The notes beneath the pieces were generated by a model. That model had not been told where the DNA came from. It ran no database searches and was given only the letters and a program-made list of their open reading frames with translations. Made by a program: the position numbers and the translations under genes. Of a DNA stretch of 64,000 bases, positions 26,910 to 35,808 are shown piece after piece. Every line of letters begins with the position of its first letter. The stretch's first letter is position 1. Origin of the DNA: Clostridia bacterium (GTDB lineage Bacteria; Bacillota; Clostridia; Oscillospirales; CAG-272); NCBI GenBank assembly GCA_017468385.1, contig JAFUIQ010000015.1, positions 15,726 to 79,725 on the forward strand, given 5' to 3'.

Positions 26910-27864
26910 GTCTATGCGTATCGTTGTACTGGATGGAAAAACCTTGGGAGAGGGTGTTGTATTTGACACCCTGGATGCGGTCGGAGAATTGACTTCCTAT
27001 CCGCTTACCGCTCCCGATGAAATTGGCGAACGGATCAAAAATGCGGATGTGGTTATCGTAAATAAGATCCGGCTGAACGAATCCAATCTTCAGGGCGCGA
27101 ATCATTTGAAACTGATTTGCGTCGCTGCAACCGGATATGATAATATCGACACCGCTTACTGCCGCGATCACGGGATTGCCGTGTGCAACGTGGTTGGATA
27201 CTCCACAGACAGCGTGGCACAGCTCACTATCGGACTGGCGTTGAATTTGCTGATGCATTTGCCGTATTTCAACGGATTTGTCAAAGATGGATCGTACTCC
27301 CGATCCGGCGTTGCCAATTGTCTGTCCCCCGTGTTTCACGAGCTGTCAGGGAAAACCTGGGGTGTCATCGGAGCCGGCAACATCGGAATGAAAGTGGCGC
27401 AGATTGCCGACGCTTTTGGATGCCGCGTGCTCTTGCATTGCCGCCATCCCAAAGAATCGAAATATCCCATTTTGCCTTTGGATGAGGTCTGTGCCGCATC
27501 CGATATTCTGTCCATTCACACCCCTCTAAACGACGATTCCTACCACTTGATCAACACCGACACCATTGATAAGATGAAGGACGGAGTGCTTCTGGTCAAT
27601 CTGGCACGCGGTGCCGTGACGGACGAAAATGCAGTTGCACAGGCTGTTTTGAGCGGGAAAATCGGCGGTTTTGCCACCGATGTATATTCTGTGGAACCGT
27701 TTGGAGAAGATCATCCTATGTATGCCTTGCGGGAGCATCCGCATGTATGCATGACGCCGCACATGGCGTGGGGTGCTGTCGAAGCGCGCCAGCGCTGCAT
27801 CAATGAAATGGCCGAAAACATTTCTGCCTATATCAACGGAGATGTCCGTAACAGAGTTGTATAA
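26902..27864 (+). CDS. D-isomer-specific 2-hydroxyacid dehydrogenase (glycerate dehydrogenase/hydroxypyruvate reductase-like)
   Basis: 320 aa. NAD motif GVIGAGNIGMKVA and catalytic-region pattern NLARG..D...TPH. Overlaps the hslO stop by 8 nt; an alternative start is the ATG at 26914. Confidence 0.85.
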   Translation: MAESMRIVVLDGKTLGEGVVFDTLDAVGELTSYPLTAPDEIGERIKNADVVIVNKIRLNESNLQGANHLKLICVAATGYDNIDTAYCRDHGIAVCNVVGYSTDSVAQLTIGLALNLLMHLPYFNGFVKDGSYSRSGVANCLSPVFHELSGKTWGVIGAGNIGMKVAQIADAFGCRVLLHCRHPKESKYPILPLDEVCAASDILSIHTPLNDDSYHLINTDTIDKMKDGVLLVNLARGAVTDENAVAQAVLSGKIGGFATDVYSVEPFGEDHPMYALREHPHVCMTPHMAWGAVEARQRCINEMAENISAYINGDVRNRVV

Positions 27865-27865
27865 A

Positions 27866-27898
27866 AGAAAAGGGTCAAGCTTAAGCTTGACCCTTTTT
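27866..27898. terminator. bidirectional terminator (2-hydroxyacid dehydrogenase gene versus the 27911 gene)
   Basis: Perfect 13-bp palindrome aagggtcaagctt/aagcttgaccctt with A-run and T-run flanks. Confidence 0.8.
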
Positions 27899-27910
27899 CA
27901 TATGTATCGT

Positions 27911-28351
27911 TTATTTGCTTTTGATAGTGTCCACAATGCCTTGTGCCCAGCGCACAATGGCGGTACGCTCTTCAAAGGAAATCTTGGCACCGCTGAACAG
28001 GCCGGGAGATTTCAGGTAGTAAATATCGTCGATGACGTTGGTGCCCGCCTCTCTCAATATATTTTTAACGGATTCGATGCCTTTGACCTGATCTTTATTA
28101 TCCACGACAAGGGCCACGTTGTAAGCACGTGCGGGAGTCAGTTCAATGCAGAAACGGCGCAGAGTATCACTCGGCTCGCCTTTGAGAGACATAACCAGAA
28201 TTACAAGGCGCTCTTTCTCGCAGGAATAAGCGGGCGGTACATCGTGACAAGGGCAATTGAATGCCTCGCCGAGCGCTGTAGCAAAGGTGCGGATTTTCGC
28301 CTTGGGCGAGGAATGCATGACGCGCATTTTGATGGGAGAAACTGGGAGCAT
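27911..28351 (-). CDS. hypothetical protein (possibly flavodoxin-like fold)
   Basis: 146 aa. GGAGG lies 7 nt before the ATG at 28351. The weak pattern RVMHSSPKAKIRTFATALGEA recalls flavodoxin-like N-termini, but I have no firm family. Confidence 0.55.
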   Translation of the reverse strand: MLPVSPIKMRVMHSSPKAKIRTFATALGEAFNCPCHDVPPAYSCEKERLVILVMSLKGEPSDTLRRFCIELTPARAYNVALVVDNKDQVKGIESVKNILREAGTNVIDDIYYLKSPGLFSGAKISFEERTAIVRWAQGIVDTIKSK

Positions 28352-28429
28352 GATAAAACCTCCGAACTAAATCGTATTGTTGTATAAATTATATCACGTC
28401 ATAAACAAAAAGAAAATAGAAAATACGAA

Positions 28430-29041
28430 TTATTTCTGGGAAAAGATTTTTGCTGCAGATAGGGTTTTGCACAGGGCAGGGGAGACCACGGCGGTTACAA
28501 TCAGTTCCACAAAGAAATTCAAGCCGATCAAGGCAACAAACACAATGGCAACCGCACCGCCGGTGGCCCATGTGGATATTACCGGATCCGCAACCAGCGC
28601 ATTGCCAAACACAAGCAGCATACCGAGTGCAAAAATACCTGTATTTACTACAGGACAGACAATAGCTGCGACGAGAGAATTGACAGTTATGGAATGGCAG
28701 ATTTTTTCCATAATCCGATATACAAAGCCGACAAGCGCACCTGCCAGGGAAGTCTTGACCAGGCAGAGCAGACATGCCGAGATGGGATTTACTGCCATCA
28801 GAAATGTGTAAAACACACTTTGTCCGGTGATTACCTGAACCATCGTTACAAGTCCGGATACACCGCCAATCACGGCACCGGCCGCTGGGCCGAGGAATAC
28901 ACCGGCAACCACAATGGGTACAAGGCCAAAGTTCAGATTGATGGCTCCAGCAGGGATGTACAGCAGTGTGAGCAAAACCTCAAGGGCTGCCAACAGAGAA
29001 AGCTGGACCATTTTCAGGATTTTTTCGCGGGATGTTTTCAT
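28430..29041 (-). CDS. ECF-transporter S component (substrate unknown; pantothenate suspected from the coaX neighbour)
   Basis: Track ORF trimmed to the ATG at 29041 (MKTSREKILKMVQLSLLAAL..) with a GGAGG RBS. About 6 TM segments, Gly/Ala-rich helices and ~200 aa, typical of S components. Confidence 0.6.
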   Translation of the reverse strand: MKTSREKILKMVQLSLLAALEVLLTLLYIPAGAINLNFGLVPIVVAGVFLGPAAGAVIGGVSGLVTMVQVITGQSVFYTFLMAVNPISACLLCLVKTSLAGALVGFVYRIMEKICHSITVNSLVAAIVCPVVNTGIFALGMLLVFGNALVADPVISTWATGGAVAIVFVALIGLNFFVELIVTAVVSPALCKTLSAAKIFSQK

Positions 29042-29130
29042 ATTTACCTCCAAATGCATGAGTGCTGTCTTCCGAAAATATGAAAAAGCGGTAAAACGCA
29101 CCTTTGAATTTATAATCAGGCCGTAGCCGA

Positions 29131-29159
29131 ATTATACCAAGCGAATTATACAAAATCAA
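29131..29159 (-). promoter_or_regulatory. sigma-A type promoter of the ECF S-component gene: TTGATT-17-TATAAT
   Basis: Minus strand: TTGATT (29159-54, overlapping the coaX stop), a 17-nt spacer, then TATAAT (29136-31). Confidence 0.55.
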
Positions 29160-30016
29160 TGAAATCGGTTTCGATTTAAGATGTATAGTTTAGCAATGCC
29201 CAAAAGTGTCAGGGCGGGACAGTCTGTGAATTTATTCCTTAGATAAGGCGTAATCCGGTCGGATAGTCCACCGGTAGAAATGAGTGATAATTTATCAGAT
29301 GCAACCAATTCCGGATACTGTTCGCGAATGTTGCGAATAAATCCGTCGATCATCAAGATGTGGCCGTACAGGACGCCCGATTGGATAGATTCCACAGAGT
29401 CACGGCCGATCAACACGGGCGGAACACGTAAAGCCACATCGTTCAATTGGGCAGCCGATCCGGACAGTGCGGACAACGACACGCGCAGCCCGGGCATTAT
29501 GATGGTTCCGAGAATATTTTTGTTCTTATCTACAACGGTGAGCGTAGTTGCTGTTCCGACATCCAATATAACGAGAGGTGTCGGAGAAATCTCCGCGGCT
29601 GCCGCTGCATTGGCCACGATATCAGCGCCAAGTTGCTGTGGGTTTTTGATATGAATCCCCAGTTCCGTTTTAATACCTGTTCCGACTATGAACGGTGGTT
29701 GTCCGCTCAAAAGTTCCGCGGCGCGTGCGAGTGTATCGGTCAGCGCCGGCACAACGGATGCTATAGCAGCACGGTCTATAAAGGATACATTGGGACCAAC
29801 ATCGGATGTATTGCGGGAATACACGGAAGACGGCGCAGGATAAATGTTTTTCAATGCAAGGAAATTGCTGATCAAAAGCGCATATTCATCGGACGAGATG
29901 GACTTCGTTGTTATCTTAAAATCCAGTATGGGCGAGGAATGACCGCCGCTGCACTCATCCAAATCAAAAACACCGCAGGATACACTGGAATTACCGATAT
30001 CAATCGCAAGCAGCAT
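29156..30016 (-). CDS. coaX: type III pantothenate kinase
   Basis: 286 aa. N-terminus MLLAIDIGNSS, later DVGTATT and a STGG pattern of the CoaX/Baf family. GGGAGG RBS. Confidence 0.85.
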   Translation of the reverse strand: MLLAIDIGNSSVSCGVFDLDECSGGHSSPILDFKITTKSISSDEYALLISNFLALKNIYPAPSSVYSRNTSDVGPNVSFIDRAAIASVVPALTDTLARAAELLSGQPPFIVGTGIKTELGIHIKNPQQLGADIVANAAAAAEISPTPLVILDVGTATTLTVVDKNKNILGTIIMPGLRVSLSALSGSAAQLNDVALRVPPVLIGRDSVESIQSGVLYGHILMIDGFIRNIREQYPELVASDKLSLISTGGLSDRITPYLRNKFTDCPALTLLGIAKLYILNRNRFH

Positions 30017-30124
30017 ATTTAACCTCCCGGTGTCATTTTTGATCCCCTAAATTATACAAAATTTGCATTTTGTATAATTGGCAATCGCTCGATAAAGGAT
30101 CAGCCACACCGCTCCATACTGACT

Positions 30125-30154
30125 ATTATACAGTATTTCAGGTGTGGCTGTCAA
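30125..30154 (-). promoter_or_regulatory. sigma-A type promoter of coaX: TTGACA-18-TATAAT
   Basis: Minus strand: TTGACA (30154-49), an 18-nt spacer, then TATAAT (30130-25). It is embedded in a long imperfect stem-loop just after spoIIID. Confidence 0.55.
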
Positions 30155-30160
30155 TAAGGA

Positions 30161-30454
30161 TTATTTCGTTCCCTTTTCTCTCTGCATGGTACTATACTTG
30201 TCTTTTGTAGCTTGCCCGCCGCGTATGTGTCTCTCGGCTTTGTTCTTATCCAGGACTAACTTGGCTTTATGATACAGTTCTGCGTGTATATGCGGAAGCT
30301 TCTCCGCTACATCTTTATGTACCGTGGATTTGCTGATTCCGAAATGTTTTGCCGTAGCGCGTACCGTGGAATGATTTTCTATCAAATATTCTGCCAGTTT
30401 TATGCATCGCTCTTTTTCATCTGCAGTGGGAAGCCATACCGTTCTCTCTCTCAT
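30161..30454 (-). CDS. spoIIID: sporulation transcriptional regulator SpoIIID
   Basis: 97 aa. IENHSTVRATAKHFGISKSTVHKDV..LDKNKAERHIRGGQATK is a near-canonical SpoIIID sequence. Confidence 0.9.
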   Translation of the reverse strand: MRERTVWLPTADEKERCIKLAEYLIENHSTVRATAKHFGISKSTVHKDVAEKLPHIHAELYHKAKLVLDKNKAERHIRGGQATKDKYSTMQREKGTK

Positions 30455-30485
30455 ACCCTATCACTCCGCTTGGCTGTAATAGTAC

Positions 30486-30513
30486 AATATATGATGGAGA
30501 AACGGAAATATGA
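30486..30513 (-). promoter_or_regulatory. candidate sigma-E type promoter of spoIIID: TCATATT-13-CATATATT
   Basis: Minus strand: TCATATT (30513-07) and CATATATT (30493-86). This resembles the Bacillus sigma-E consensus as I recall it (ATATT, ~14 nt, CATACA-T). spoIIID is sigma-E dependent in Bacillus. Confidence 0.4.
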
Positions 30514-30542
30514 TTGCTAAGCGACACCTGGGATTCTAACAC

Positions 30543-32180
30543 CTATTTAGTATCCATCAGCATGCGAGTGATCATCCAGGTGTCATCGATTTGCTCAAAT
30601 GCAAGCCATAATTTACCGCTGTAAATCCGCTGGGTCCGATACGTCCACTGTTCCGCTTCATAGCGGATGACACACATGACATGATTGTCGTCGATAGATC
30701 GCATCTGATCGATGGACAATTCGTGGTATTTGTGAGATGTGACCGGGGTTACAAAACTAATACTTTCCTGAGATTTTTTTATGCGTCGGTACAATTCCGA
30801 GCCGTTGGCCAGATAAGCAAGCACCCTTTTCAGATTCTCTTCCGTATTTTTGTATCCGCCGGATGTATAGGCGAAATAATCCTGGCAGAATGAAAGAGCA
30901 ACTGACTGAATGTTCACATCCTCTATAGAGGGGAAGTCAGCAACGCAGTGCACTTCCCTGTCCGTGCGATCCACATTCACAGGCAACGGAGTGCTATTGA
31001 GATGAACCTGAACATCTGTGCTTTCCGTATACAGATTTTCCAGTTTGTACACGTCCATCATGGGCGATTCTGCCGTGTTTCCGTACAATTCCGGATAACC
31101 GGCAGTTCGCGAAATCAACTCCGAATTGCCCAAAGTATGCCCGTTCACCTTCACAGTGCTGCCGGTTGGGACCGTGAATGTTTCGGAGTACATCAATTCC
31201 GGGGGATACGGTACATAAATCTCCGTGCCGTCCACGACTGCCTCAACAGCCACATCCAGGATCGCGGCGGTAACATCCGGTGCGGTCAGTACATTCTCAA
31301 ATGCATAGGTGATTTCTGTCGGCAGTCCATCTGTACCGGATTCCCACCGGGAATATGGGTAGTATTTTGGTTCACCGACAACATATTGCTCACCGATCCG
31401 TACACCGTTCACGAAAACGTCCGCCGTGGACGGCGCAGTAACAGTGTAGGCGCGGAGTGCGGTGTCGGGATAGCGGAAGCGGTAGCTGTCGTTGTCGACC
31501 TCCCCAACGCATTTCGTACCCCTCCAGACACACTCGACTTCCGGCGAGGAATATAAAGCTGTTACGGTATACATTTCACTGAGGCCGGATCGATTCTTTT
31601 CCAATTCGTGCGCGAAAGGATAAGACGCATCTTTTTCGGTTATCAGCGAATTGTCCAGCAGAATTCCGTTTATATATACTTGGCTTTCGGCTGGTACAGT
31701 AATTGTATAAGTATGTGCGGACAGCGGAATGTTTGTCAAATCCGCTGTCATTCGCTTCACAGTCCATGTGTCAAATCCATATTTTCCATTCTTTTTGCAC
31801 GTAAGCAAAAGTCCGGCAACGGTGGTATTATTTTTCTGCACGAAAAAGGAGATTTCCTCCGCTGTACCGCCGGAATAATCACGGACAATATCGTATGTGC
31901 CTGGCATGGACCGCACTGCCTGCCAATATGCATCGACCACCTTCTCGCTGGGCTCATATAAATTCTGCGAATGCACCTCCAACTCTCGGAACATTTCCTT
32001 CCATTCGGCGTCTGAAAGTGCAGAAACATACTTCTCAGCGCATTGTGCGGGTTGAGACAATTCGTAAGCGCCTATGTAGTCATAAAAGAAAGCAAAAAAG
32101 GCAAACATAAGAAGCAGGGCGCACGCGGTAAGCGTGATGTATACCTTCCAGAAATGATCGCGGCGTGTCTTATTCATCAT
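30543..32180 (-). CDS. membrane-anchored protein of unknown function (paralog of 37038..38117)
   Basis: 545 aa with one N-terminal TM segment. Shares the YE.SQP motif, the [ST]IT[VA]P...G..LD.S block and a similar C-terminal ~110 aa with the other copy. Its start overlaps the upstream DUF2233 gene by 11 nt. Confidence 0.75.
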   Translation of the reverse strand: MMNKTRRDHFWKVYITLTACALLLMFAFFAFFYDYIGAYELSQPAQCAEKYVSALSDAEWKEMFRELEVHSQNLYEPSEKVVDAYWQAVRSMPGTYDIVRDYSGGTAEEISFFVQKNNTTVAGLLLTCKKNGKYGFDTWTVKRMTADLTNIPLSAHTYTITVPAESQVYINGILLDNSLITEKDASYPFAHELEKNRSGLSEMYTVTALYSSPEVECVWRGTKCVGEVDNDSYRFRYPDTALRAYTVTAPSTADVFVNGVRIGEQYVVGEPKYYPYSRWESGTDGLPTEITYAFENVLTAPDVTAAILDVAVEAVVDGTEIYVPYPPELMYSETFTVPTGSTVKVNGHTLGNSELISRTAGYPELYGNTAESPMMDVYKLENLYTESTDVQVHLNSTPLPVNVDRTDREVHCVADFPSIEDVNIQSVALSFCQDYFAYTSGGYKNTEENLKRVLAYLANGSELYRRIKKSQESISFVTPVTSHKYHELSIDQMRSIDDNHVMCVIRYEAEQWTYRTQRIYSGKLWLAFEQIDDTWMITRMLMDTK

Positions 32181-33276
32181 TTTTTCTCACCAAAATCGTC
32201 GTGGCGACTACCCTTTCTCCGAATAGATACGCGCTGGTGGTCAGATATTCACCGTCCATAATCATAAGCGAGGACGAACCGCCGTCCAGATTCGTCGCGT
32301 TGACTGCGCCGTTAGCCAGCATGATGGATGCCAAATCGTCCAGCGTGGCACCCAAACTCTCTACAGACCGGCCGTTAATGACAAGCAAAAGAATGGCACC
32401 GTCAGCCCGTTGTCCAATGGCGGTGCGGGGATTCAATCCGCCGCCCAGGCCCCACTTCCCCCCTGCGGATTTTCCGTTGATCACCAAGGCAGGACCGTAG
32501 CTGGCGGCATACTGCACACCGATATCCAGCGCGTGCTGTGCCGTCATGTATCCAACGTGAAGGATACCGTTGCCGTCCAGTCCGGCCAGGTTGTATCCGC
32601 CGTTCAAATCGCCCCACAACAGTTCCCCTTCGTAGATGACAATTCCGTCGGGAATGCCGCCGGTTCCCTTTCCGTTGGGATCATGAAATCCGCCTGCGTT
32701 GGTTCCAGCGACACAGTCGTATTTTTTAATCATAGCGGCCACGGTCAGACCGTGACTGTTCTCACCATAACTGTCAGGGACACCGACAAACACTCGCTTG
32801 GGATCGGAGATGATCATCAGTTTTCCGTTGTAGGTGGAGCCGGTGATATCCAGAACCTCAATACTGCTCTCCTCCGAAGGAGATGCGGGCGGAGTCTGTG
32901 TATCCGCCGGTAAAGGCCTATCCGGCGTATCTGCATCGGGAGGTATGGTCACAGCAGTGTCAGATGTGTCCGGGGGTACCGTCTCCGGCACGACGATCAG
33001 CGACAGATCCTGATCATCCTCTTCGTGCGCGGCATCATCGGGTGTGATGATTGCTTTTATTTCATCATCCGACAAATATATGTCGGCCAAAAAGCCGCCG
33101 GCAGATGTTTCCTTGACAGATAAAACAAATAACCGTCTGGCAGTTTCAGACGGACCGTTCACCAAAATCCACATGGTACCGTAGGCAAGAAGCAGTATTA
33201 AAGCGATGACGGTAGTGATGGACAACAGCGCCCGGAGCAAGAGCGTTGTGATCGTTGATTTTTTTGCCTTGCGCAT
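32170..33276 (-). CDS. phosphodiester glycosidase family protein (DUF2233/NAGPA-like), copy 1
   Basis: 368 aa. N-terminal TM segment, then a Thr/Pro/Asp-rich linker. C-terminal block RTAIGQRADGAILLLVINGR..ATNLDGGSSS. Confidence 0.8.
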   Translation of the reverse strand: MRKAKKSTITTLLLRALLSITTVIALILLLAYGTMWILVNGPSETARRLFVLSVKETSAGGFLADIYLSDDEIKAIITPDDAAHEEDDQDLSLIVVPETVPPDTSDTAVTIPPDADTPDRPLPADTQTPPASPSEESSIEVLDITGSTYNGKLMIISDPKRVFVGVPDSYGENSHGLTVAAMIKKYDCVAGTNAGGFHDPNGKGTGGIPDGIVIYEGELLWGDLNGGYNLAGLDGNGILHVGYMTAQHALDIGVQYAASYGPALVINGKSAGGKWGLGGGLNPRTAIGQRADGAILLLVINGRSVESLGATLDDLASIMLANGAVNATNLDGGSSSLMIMDGEYLTTSAYLFGERVVATTILVRKNDE

Positions 33277-33392
33277 AGGATTACCTCCAAAACCACATAG
33301 AGGAATATCTCTGAAAATCTTGCATTGCTATCATGGATGTGGTATCATTATAATATATTTCATAAACGAATTCAAGCAAAGAGGCCATATAA

Positions 33393-34697
33393 ATGAAAAG
33401 ATGTTTTCGTGCCCTGGCAGCGGTGCTGGCAGTATTGACTCTATCTTCTTGTTCCCTGCTGCGTCCTGCCACGGATCCGACGGAGAAAACGCCGCAAACT
33501 CCTCCCGCAGCGGAGGACACTTCCACCGATGCCGGTACAGATACTGTAGCCGATACCACGCCCGATGAAACTACCGCCGCGCCAGATGCGACCGATGGCA
33601 CCACCGATGTGCCCGTAGTGAATGTTCCCGATGATCCGGAGACACCCGTTGAAGAAAAGACAGTCTCTTTTGTCGGTGCCGGCGATAATCTCATCTTTTA
33701 CGGCAATGTCCGTGATGCTGCCTCCTGCGCGGTGTCGGGCGGCCGCAAATACAACTTTGCCCCGACCTATGACAGCGTTCGCGAAACCATTCAGTCCGCC
33801 GATATTGCTTTCATCAATCAGGAATCGCTCATGTGCGGCGACGGATACGCGTTCTCCTATTACCCCCGTTTTAACGGGCCGCAGGATCTGGCATACGATC
33901 TGGCTGAAGTGGGCTTCGATGTGATCAATATTGCTAACAATCATATGTTGGACAAAGGTACGGACGGGCTGGAAAAGACCATCGATTTCTGGCGTACCAT
34001 CGAAGATGTTACTTTGATTGGCGGATATAAATCCGCTGATGAATTCGCCGAGCCTCACATCATGGAGGTAGACGGCGTGCGTGTCGCCTTTCTGACCTAC
34101 ACAACATTCACCAATCTGGGCAAGGATACCGCATCATCCCCCCTGGTCATTCCCTACCCCCATGATGATACGGTTATCGCGCAGATTGCCCGTGCCCACG
34201 AATTGGCGGATTTTCTGATTGTTTCCGTTCACTGGGGCGATGAATACACATTCACCCCCAATGCGTCGCAGAAATCCTTTGCCAATCTTCTGGCGGAAAA
34301 CGGTGTGGATGTGATTATTGGACATCACCCCCATGTGATCCAGCCCATTGAGTATCTGGATCGGCCGGATGGCGGCAAGACGCTGTGCGTGTATTCCCTT
34401 GGTAATTTTGTTGCGGAGCAAAATCACGATTTCACCATGCTGGGTGGACTGATTTCCTTTGATATCGTCAAAAAAGGCGATACTGCAACCGTCGAAAATG
34501 CTCTGTTCCTGCCCACGGTATACTATTTTAACACATCCTTCTATAAGAATCATGTCTATTTTTTGAGCGACTTCACGGAATCCCTGGCGGCATCCCATGG
34601 CTTGGCCTACTACGGTAAAACCATTTCTGTGGATACCGTTAAAAAGTATGTAACCAATACGATTTCCGCGGAGTTTTTGCCGGATTATCTGCATTAA
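33393..34697 (+). CDS. CapA/PGA_cap family metallophosphatase-like lipoprotein
   Basis: 434 aa. Lipobox LTLSSC, then a T/P/D-rich linker. Motifs GAGDNLIF, ANNHMLDKG, SVHWGDEY and IIGHHPHVIQP. Confidence 0.8.
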   Translation: MKRCFRALAAVLAVLTLSSCSLLRPATDPTEKTPQTPPAAEDTSTDAGTDTVADTTPDETTAAPDATDGTTDVPVVNVPDDPETPVEEKTVSFVGAGDNLIFYGNVRDAASCAVSGGRKYNFAPTYDSVRETIQSADIAFINQESLMCGDGYAFSYYPRFNGPQDLAYDLAEVGFDVINIANNHMLDKGTDGLEKTIDFWRTIEDVTLIGGYKSADEFAEPHIMEVDGVRVAFLTYTTFTNLGKDTASSPLVIPYPHDDTVIAQIARAHELADFLIVSVHWGDEYTFTPNASQKSFANLLAENGVDVIIGHHPHVIQPIEYLDRPDGGKTLCVYSLGNFVAEQNHDFTMLGGLISFDIVKKGDTATVENALFLPTVYYFNTSFYKNHVYFLSDFTESLAASHGLAYYGKTISVDTVKKYVTNTISAEFLPDYLH

Positions 34698-34715
34698 AAC
34701 GGAGGAAGCACTTGT

Positions 34716-35795
34716 ATGGATGTACAAAAGAATGTCAGTATCGTCATTCCTTCCCTGAATCCGGATGAAAAACTGAGAAAAACAGTGCAGGATCTGATCG
34801 ATCTTGGTTTTACGGATATCATTCTGATCAACGACGGCTCAAAGGATGAATGTGTTCCCTGTTTTCCCGCAGATTTGCCCGGCTGTACGCTTCTGACCCA
34901 TGAAGTCAATCGGGGAAAAGGCGCGGCGATGAAGACTGCGTTCCGCTATCTTCTGGAGCGAGACATACCCACACAAGGCGTGGTGACGGTGGACGGCGAC
35001 GGACAGCACAAAGCGTCCGATGTTTTGTCGTGCGCAAAGGCCATGCTGGAAACCCGAGGCGTGGTTCTGGGCGTGCGGAATTTTGATCTGCCCGATGTGC
35101 CCCCCAGGAGCCGTATGGGCAACAAAATTACCTCACTGGTGTTCCGGCTGTTCTGCGGTATTAAAATTTCGGATACACAAACCGGTTTGCGTGCCATTCC
35201 CGCCGCGTATCTTCCGGCCATGCTGGAGGTTTCCGGTGACCGCTATGAATATGAAACGAATATGCTTTTGCAGATGAAATCGCGGCAGATTCCCCATAGT
35301 GAGGTTTCCATCGAAACGGTGTATATTGAAGAGAATCAAACTTCTCATTTCCGCCCGGTGCGGGATTCCCTTCGCATTTACGGATTGATTCTGAAGTTTA
35401 TTTCATCGTCTCTGATCGCATCCGTGGTAGATCTGGGGCTCTTCTTTCTCTTGTCTTTGTTTATGCCTTCGATTGTCGGTTTGGCTTCCGATGCGGTGTG
35501 TACGCTCATTGCCCGCATTGGATCCTCCATGGTGAATTACTCCATAAACAAAAAAGCTGTATTTCGCTCATCCGGCTCGGGACGCACTTCCCTGATACGG
35601 TACTACATACTGGCTGCCGGCATATTCATTCTGTCCGCATCGGCTATGACCGTTCTCACCCTGCTGTTAGGATTTGATGAGGGCAGATTTGCATTTCTGA
35701 AGACCATCATTAAGTTTATCATCGACTCCATCCTGTTTTTGATCAGCTTCCGTGTCCAGCGCGAATGGGTGTTTGCAGACGCGGAGAATACATAA
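34716..35795 (+). CDS. family-2 glycosyltransferase fused to a GtrA-like membrane domain
   Basis: 359 aa. GT2 N-terminus VSIVIPSLNPDEKL and VTVDGDGQH. C-terminal four-TM GtrA-like part (LIASVVDLGLFFLL..). Confidence 0.8.
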   Translation: MDVQKNVSIVIPSLNPDEKLRKTVQDLIDLGFTDIILINDGSKDECVPCFPADLPGCTLLTHEVNRGKGAAMKTAFRYLLERDIPTQGVVTVDGDGQHKASDVLSCAKAMLETRGVVLGVRNFDLPDVPPRSRMGNKITSLVFRLFCGIKISDTQTGLRAIPAAYLPAMLEVSGDRYEYETNMLLQMKSRQIPHSEVSIETVYIEENQTSHFRPVRDSLRIYGLILKFISSSLIASVVDLGLFFLLSLFMPSIVGLASDAVCTLIARIGSSMVNYSINKKAVFRSSGSGRTSLIRYYILAAGIFILSASAMTVLTLLLGFDEGRFAFLKTIIKFIIDSILFLISFRVQREWVFADAENT

Positions 35796-35808
35796 CGAAG
35801 GAGCATTC

